Assembly: GCA_963695655.1 (NCBI GenBank)
Contig: CAVOHG010000008.1
Coordinates: forward strand, 13,380 to 77,379
Length of the DNA stretch: 64,000 bases
Reading direction: 5' to 3'
Source: an uncultured Acidobacteriota bacterium
GTDB taxonomy: Bacteria > Acidobacteriota > Vicinamibacteria > Vicinamibacterales > 2-12-FULL-66-21
The position numbers and the translations under genes are program-made. Every line of letters begins with the position of its first letter. The first letter of the stretch is position 1. The notes beneath the pieces were generated by a model, which worked only from the letters and a program-made list of their open reading frames with translations, searched no databases and was not told the DNA's origin. Below are positions 63,491 through 64,000 of the stretch, piece after piece.

Positions 63491-63892
63491 CTAATGGACG
63501 TCCGACTCATGGACGGACCGGTGCAAGGACGATCGCAGGAAGCGCAATCTTTCCCTGTGGCGCCGCAGGTTCTGCAAATGGGCCTCGACCACGTCCGGAT
63601 CGTACGGGGCGGCACACAAGGTCGTGTAGTCGCGGCTCAGCTGGAACCACTGCTCCCTGAGTTCACGGAACGCGGCCGCGATGTCGGAGTCCACACCCCA
63701 TCGTAACAAAGCGGGATCCGGAAAGTAGTTGACCGCTGCTCGCTCATCACCGTACAAACACTCGCGCGGAGAACCGCGTTCATGGTCGAAGGAGTCCCGG
63801 ATGAGAAGAGTAGTCCTGTGCGCGGTCACCCTCGCGGTGGCGGTCGCGCCATCGAGATGGGTGCCATCGTTCGCGCAAGGCAAACAGGCCAA
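63491..63892 (-). CDS. hypothetical protein; start probably internal because the 5' part overlaps the plus-strand gene at 63801
   Basis: The C-terminal ~90 aa (NYFPDPALLRWGVDSDIAAAFRELREQWFQLSRDYTTLCAAPYDPDVVEAHLQNLRRHRERL) has protein-like composition. No family recognised. Confidence 0.3.
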   Translation of the reverse strand: MACLPCANDGTHLDGATATARVTAHRTTLLIRDSFDHERGSPRECLYGDERAAVNYFPDPALLRWGVDSDIAAAFRELREQWFQLSRDYTTLCAAPYDPDVVEAHLQNLRRHRERLRFLRSSLHRSVHESDVH

Positions 63893-64000
63893 CTGGTTCG
63901 CCGATGGCGGCGACCCTCAGCGAAGCTCCTGGCAGCGTGACGAGACCCAGATCACGCCGGAGACCGTCAAGGGGATGAAGCTGCTCTGGACACTGCAGAC
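63801..64000 (+). CDS. N-terminus of a secreted PQQ-like/BamB-like beta-propeller repeat protein, runs off the window
   Basis: Hand translation gives MRRVVLCAVTLAVAVAPSRWVPSFAQGKQANWFADGGDPQRSSWQRDETQITPETVKGMKLLWTLQ. This is a signal peptide followed by the typical GGD..RS.W...E..I....V..L.L.W opening. Confidence 0.55.
   Translation, partial: MRRVVLCAVTLAVAVAPSRWVPSFAQGKQANWFADGGDPQRSSWQRDETQITPETVKGMKLLWTLQ

Noticed and set aside
1-64000. Alternative genetic code (TGA reassigned) as the explanation for the in-frame TGAs.
   Set aside because: TGA clearly terminates many well-defined genes here, for example the ABC ATPase at 42988, the PQQ dehydrogenase at 56898 and the cytochrome at 58665.
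1-64000. Genome decay or a pseudogene-rich accessory island as the explanation for the many broken genes.
   Set aside because: The disruptions are single-nucleotide indels, mostly in G/C runs. The flanking protein sequence is fully conserved, there are no accumulated stops or deletions, and housekeeping genes such as zwf are affected too. Sequencing error is more parsimonious, although I cannot prove it without reads.

Overview
High-GC chromosomal segment with about 45 protein genes. I recognised no rRNA, tRNA, CRISPR array, transposase or integrase. The gene content points to Acidobacteriota (inference only): four ADOP-type MacB/FtsX permeases, one behind an Acidobacteria-type PadR regulator; a CarboxypepD_reg-type TonB-dependent receptor; a Ser/Thr kinase fused to a TolB-like propeller; PQQ propeller dehydrogenases; and DUF1080 lectin-like proteins. 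The rest is housekeeping and accessory metabolism and transport: zwf, GH31, PafA-like phosphatase, SSS/MFS/APC transporters, a sugar-processing MFS-ROK-PIG-L-HAD operon, an ECF sigma unit, and a 4.7 kb secreted multidomain gene. Five things stand out. (1) An AhpD/CMD-family gene carries an in-frame TGA exactly at the second Cys of its CxxC motif, with a SECIS-like hairpin starting 11 nt downstream. This is a candidate selenoprotein. (2) Nearly every longer intergenic region is filled with tandem heptanucleotide arrays of several sequence families, resembling cyanobacterial STRR repeats. There is also a 19-20 bp array abutting a truncated dioxygenase gene and a hairpin element present three times. 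(3) A shared GGGAAC-N17-CATC(C/G)AAT motif lies upstream of both the ECF sigma gene and the DUF4142-cupredoxin genes. (4) A second in-frame TGA (27092) joins a signal-peptide-bearing DUF5719-like repeat protein to a startless transglutaminase/PASTA/ConA-like giant ORF. (5) About 36 frameshifts, by hand count, interrupt otherwise well-conserved genes. Most junctions I resolved fall in short G/C runs, so I read these as assembly indel errors, not gene decay. Interrupted genes are therefore reported as single CDS with approximate junctions. All calls come from visual motif recognition; no searches were run.
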